Below, one piece after another: positions 63,752-64,000 of a stretch of 64,000 nt of DNA. The notes below the pieces were generated by a model. It worked only from the letters and a program-made list of their open reading frames with translations, had not been told where the DNA came from and searched no databases. Every line of letters starts with the position of its first letter. Within the stretch, counting starts at the first letter, position 1. A program made the translations under genes and the position numbers. The stretch comes from an uncultured Acidobacteriota bacterium (GTDB lineage: Bacteria > Acidobacteriota > Vicinamibacteria > Vicinamibacterales > UBA2999), in NCBI GenBank assembly GCA_963734635.1, contig CAVTIA010000002.1, positions 486,406 to 550,405 on the forward strand. Direction: 5' to 3'.

Positions 63752-63835
63752 ACGAATCTCCTCCCTTTGACCGAATCGCGACGTACTGGCCAGCAGAAAC
63801 CGCCTGGCTGGGCTCCGTGTACCACATAAAGGGTT

Positions 63836-63867
63836 GTCAAGCAAAGGCGCCCTGTGGTGTGCTTGAC
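63836..63867. promoter_or_regulatory. inverted repeat GTCAAGCA-N16-TGCTTGAC in the divergent region upstream of receptor 4
   Basis: Read directly. The left arm contains TTGACA on the minus strand. It is a candidate operator/promoter element. Confidence 0.35.
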
Positions 63868-63935
63868 TCGTGGTATTCTCGGCGCCGAATATCGTAGGGT
63901 ACTTCCGCTGAGATCGTCTGAAAACGGAGGCCATA

Positions 63936-64000
63936 ATGGCGAGTTTTTCGATTACCAGAGCGCTGCCAGCCCTTTTCGCCGCACTTCTGCTGGCGGCCCC
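63936..64000 (+). CDS. 5' end of a secreted or membrane protein (runs off the window)
   Basis: GGAGG lies 5 nt before the ATG at 63936. The translation MASFSITRALPALFAALLLAA looks like a signal peptide. Confidence 0.4.
   Translation, partial: MASFSITRALPALFAALLLAA

Overview
High-GC bacterial chromosomal segment. Hand counts on sample 60-nt lines give about 65% GC in most of the window. The gene content points to an Acidobacteriota-like soil organism: there are four TonB-dependent receptors with an N-terminal carboxypeptidase-regulatory-like domain, many c-type cytochromes, and DUF1080 and NHL proteins. That taxon call is an inference only. Positions 1-20.3 kb are ordinary housekeeping genes: nadD-rsfS-comF, tmk-lysA, lpxC, uvrA, an APC permease, mtgA, an M48 protease and a peptide ABC importer. 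Positions 20.6-27.6 kb hold a regulatory and secreted-protease module. It consists of a sigma-54-type promoter, a small HTH protein, an S8 protease ending in about 19.5 tandem WSDGVT hexapeptide repeats, an HD-GYP/GAF protein and a TPR-like sigma-54 activator. Part of this module lies in a visibly lower-GC stretch and carries many frameshifts. Positions 28-64 kb are accessory. They hold four paralogous TonB-dependent receptors, each followed by secreted or periplasmic proteins: two MBL-fold hydrolases, three c-type cytochrome genes, a protein combining a carboxypeptidase-regulatory-like domain, a CxxCH motif and a beta-propeller, a cupin, a DUF6152-like protein, and four paralogs of a secreted protein family I cannot name. 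I consider this receptor-cytochrome-paralog arrangement the best candidate for an undescribed system. Two window-wide signals stand out. First, at least four families of short GC-rich stem-loop repeats (REP-like) fill intergenic gaps. Second, frame disruptions are distributed very unevenly and are mostly single-base insertions, some in homopolymers. I found no rRNA, tRNA, CRISPR array, transposase or integrase. All family assignments come from reading translated motifs by eye; no database search was possible.
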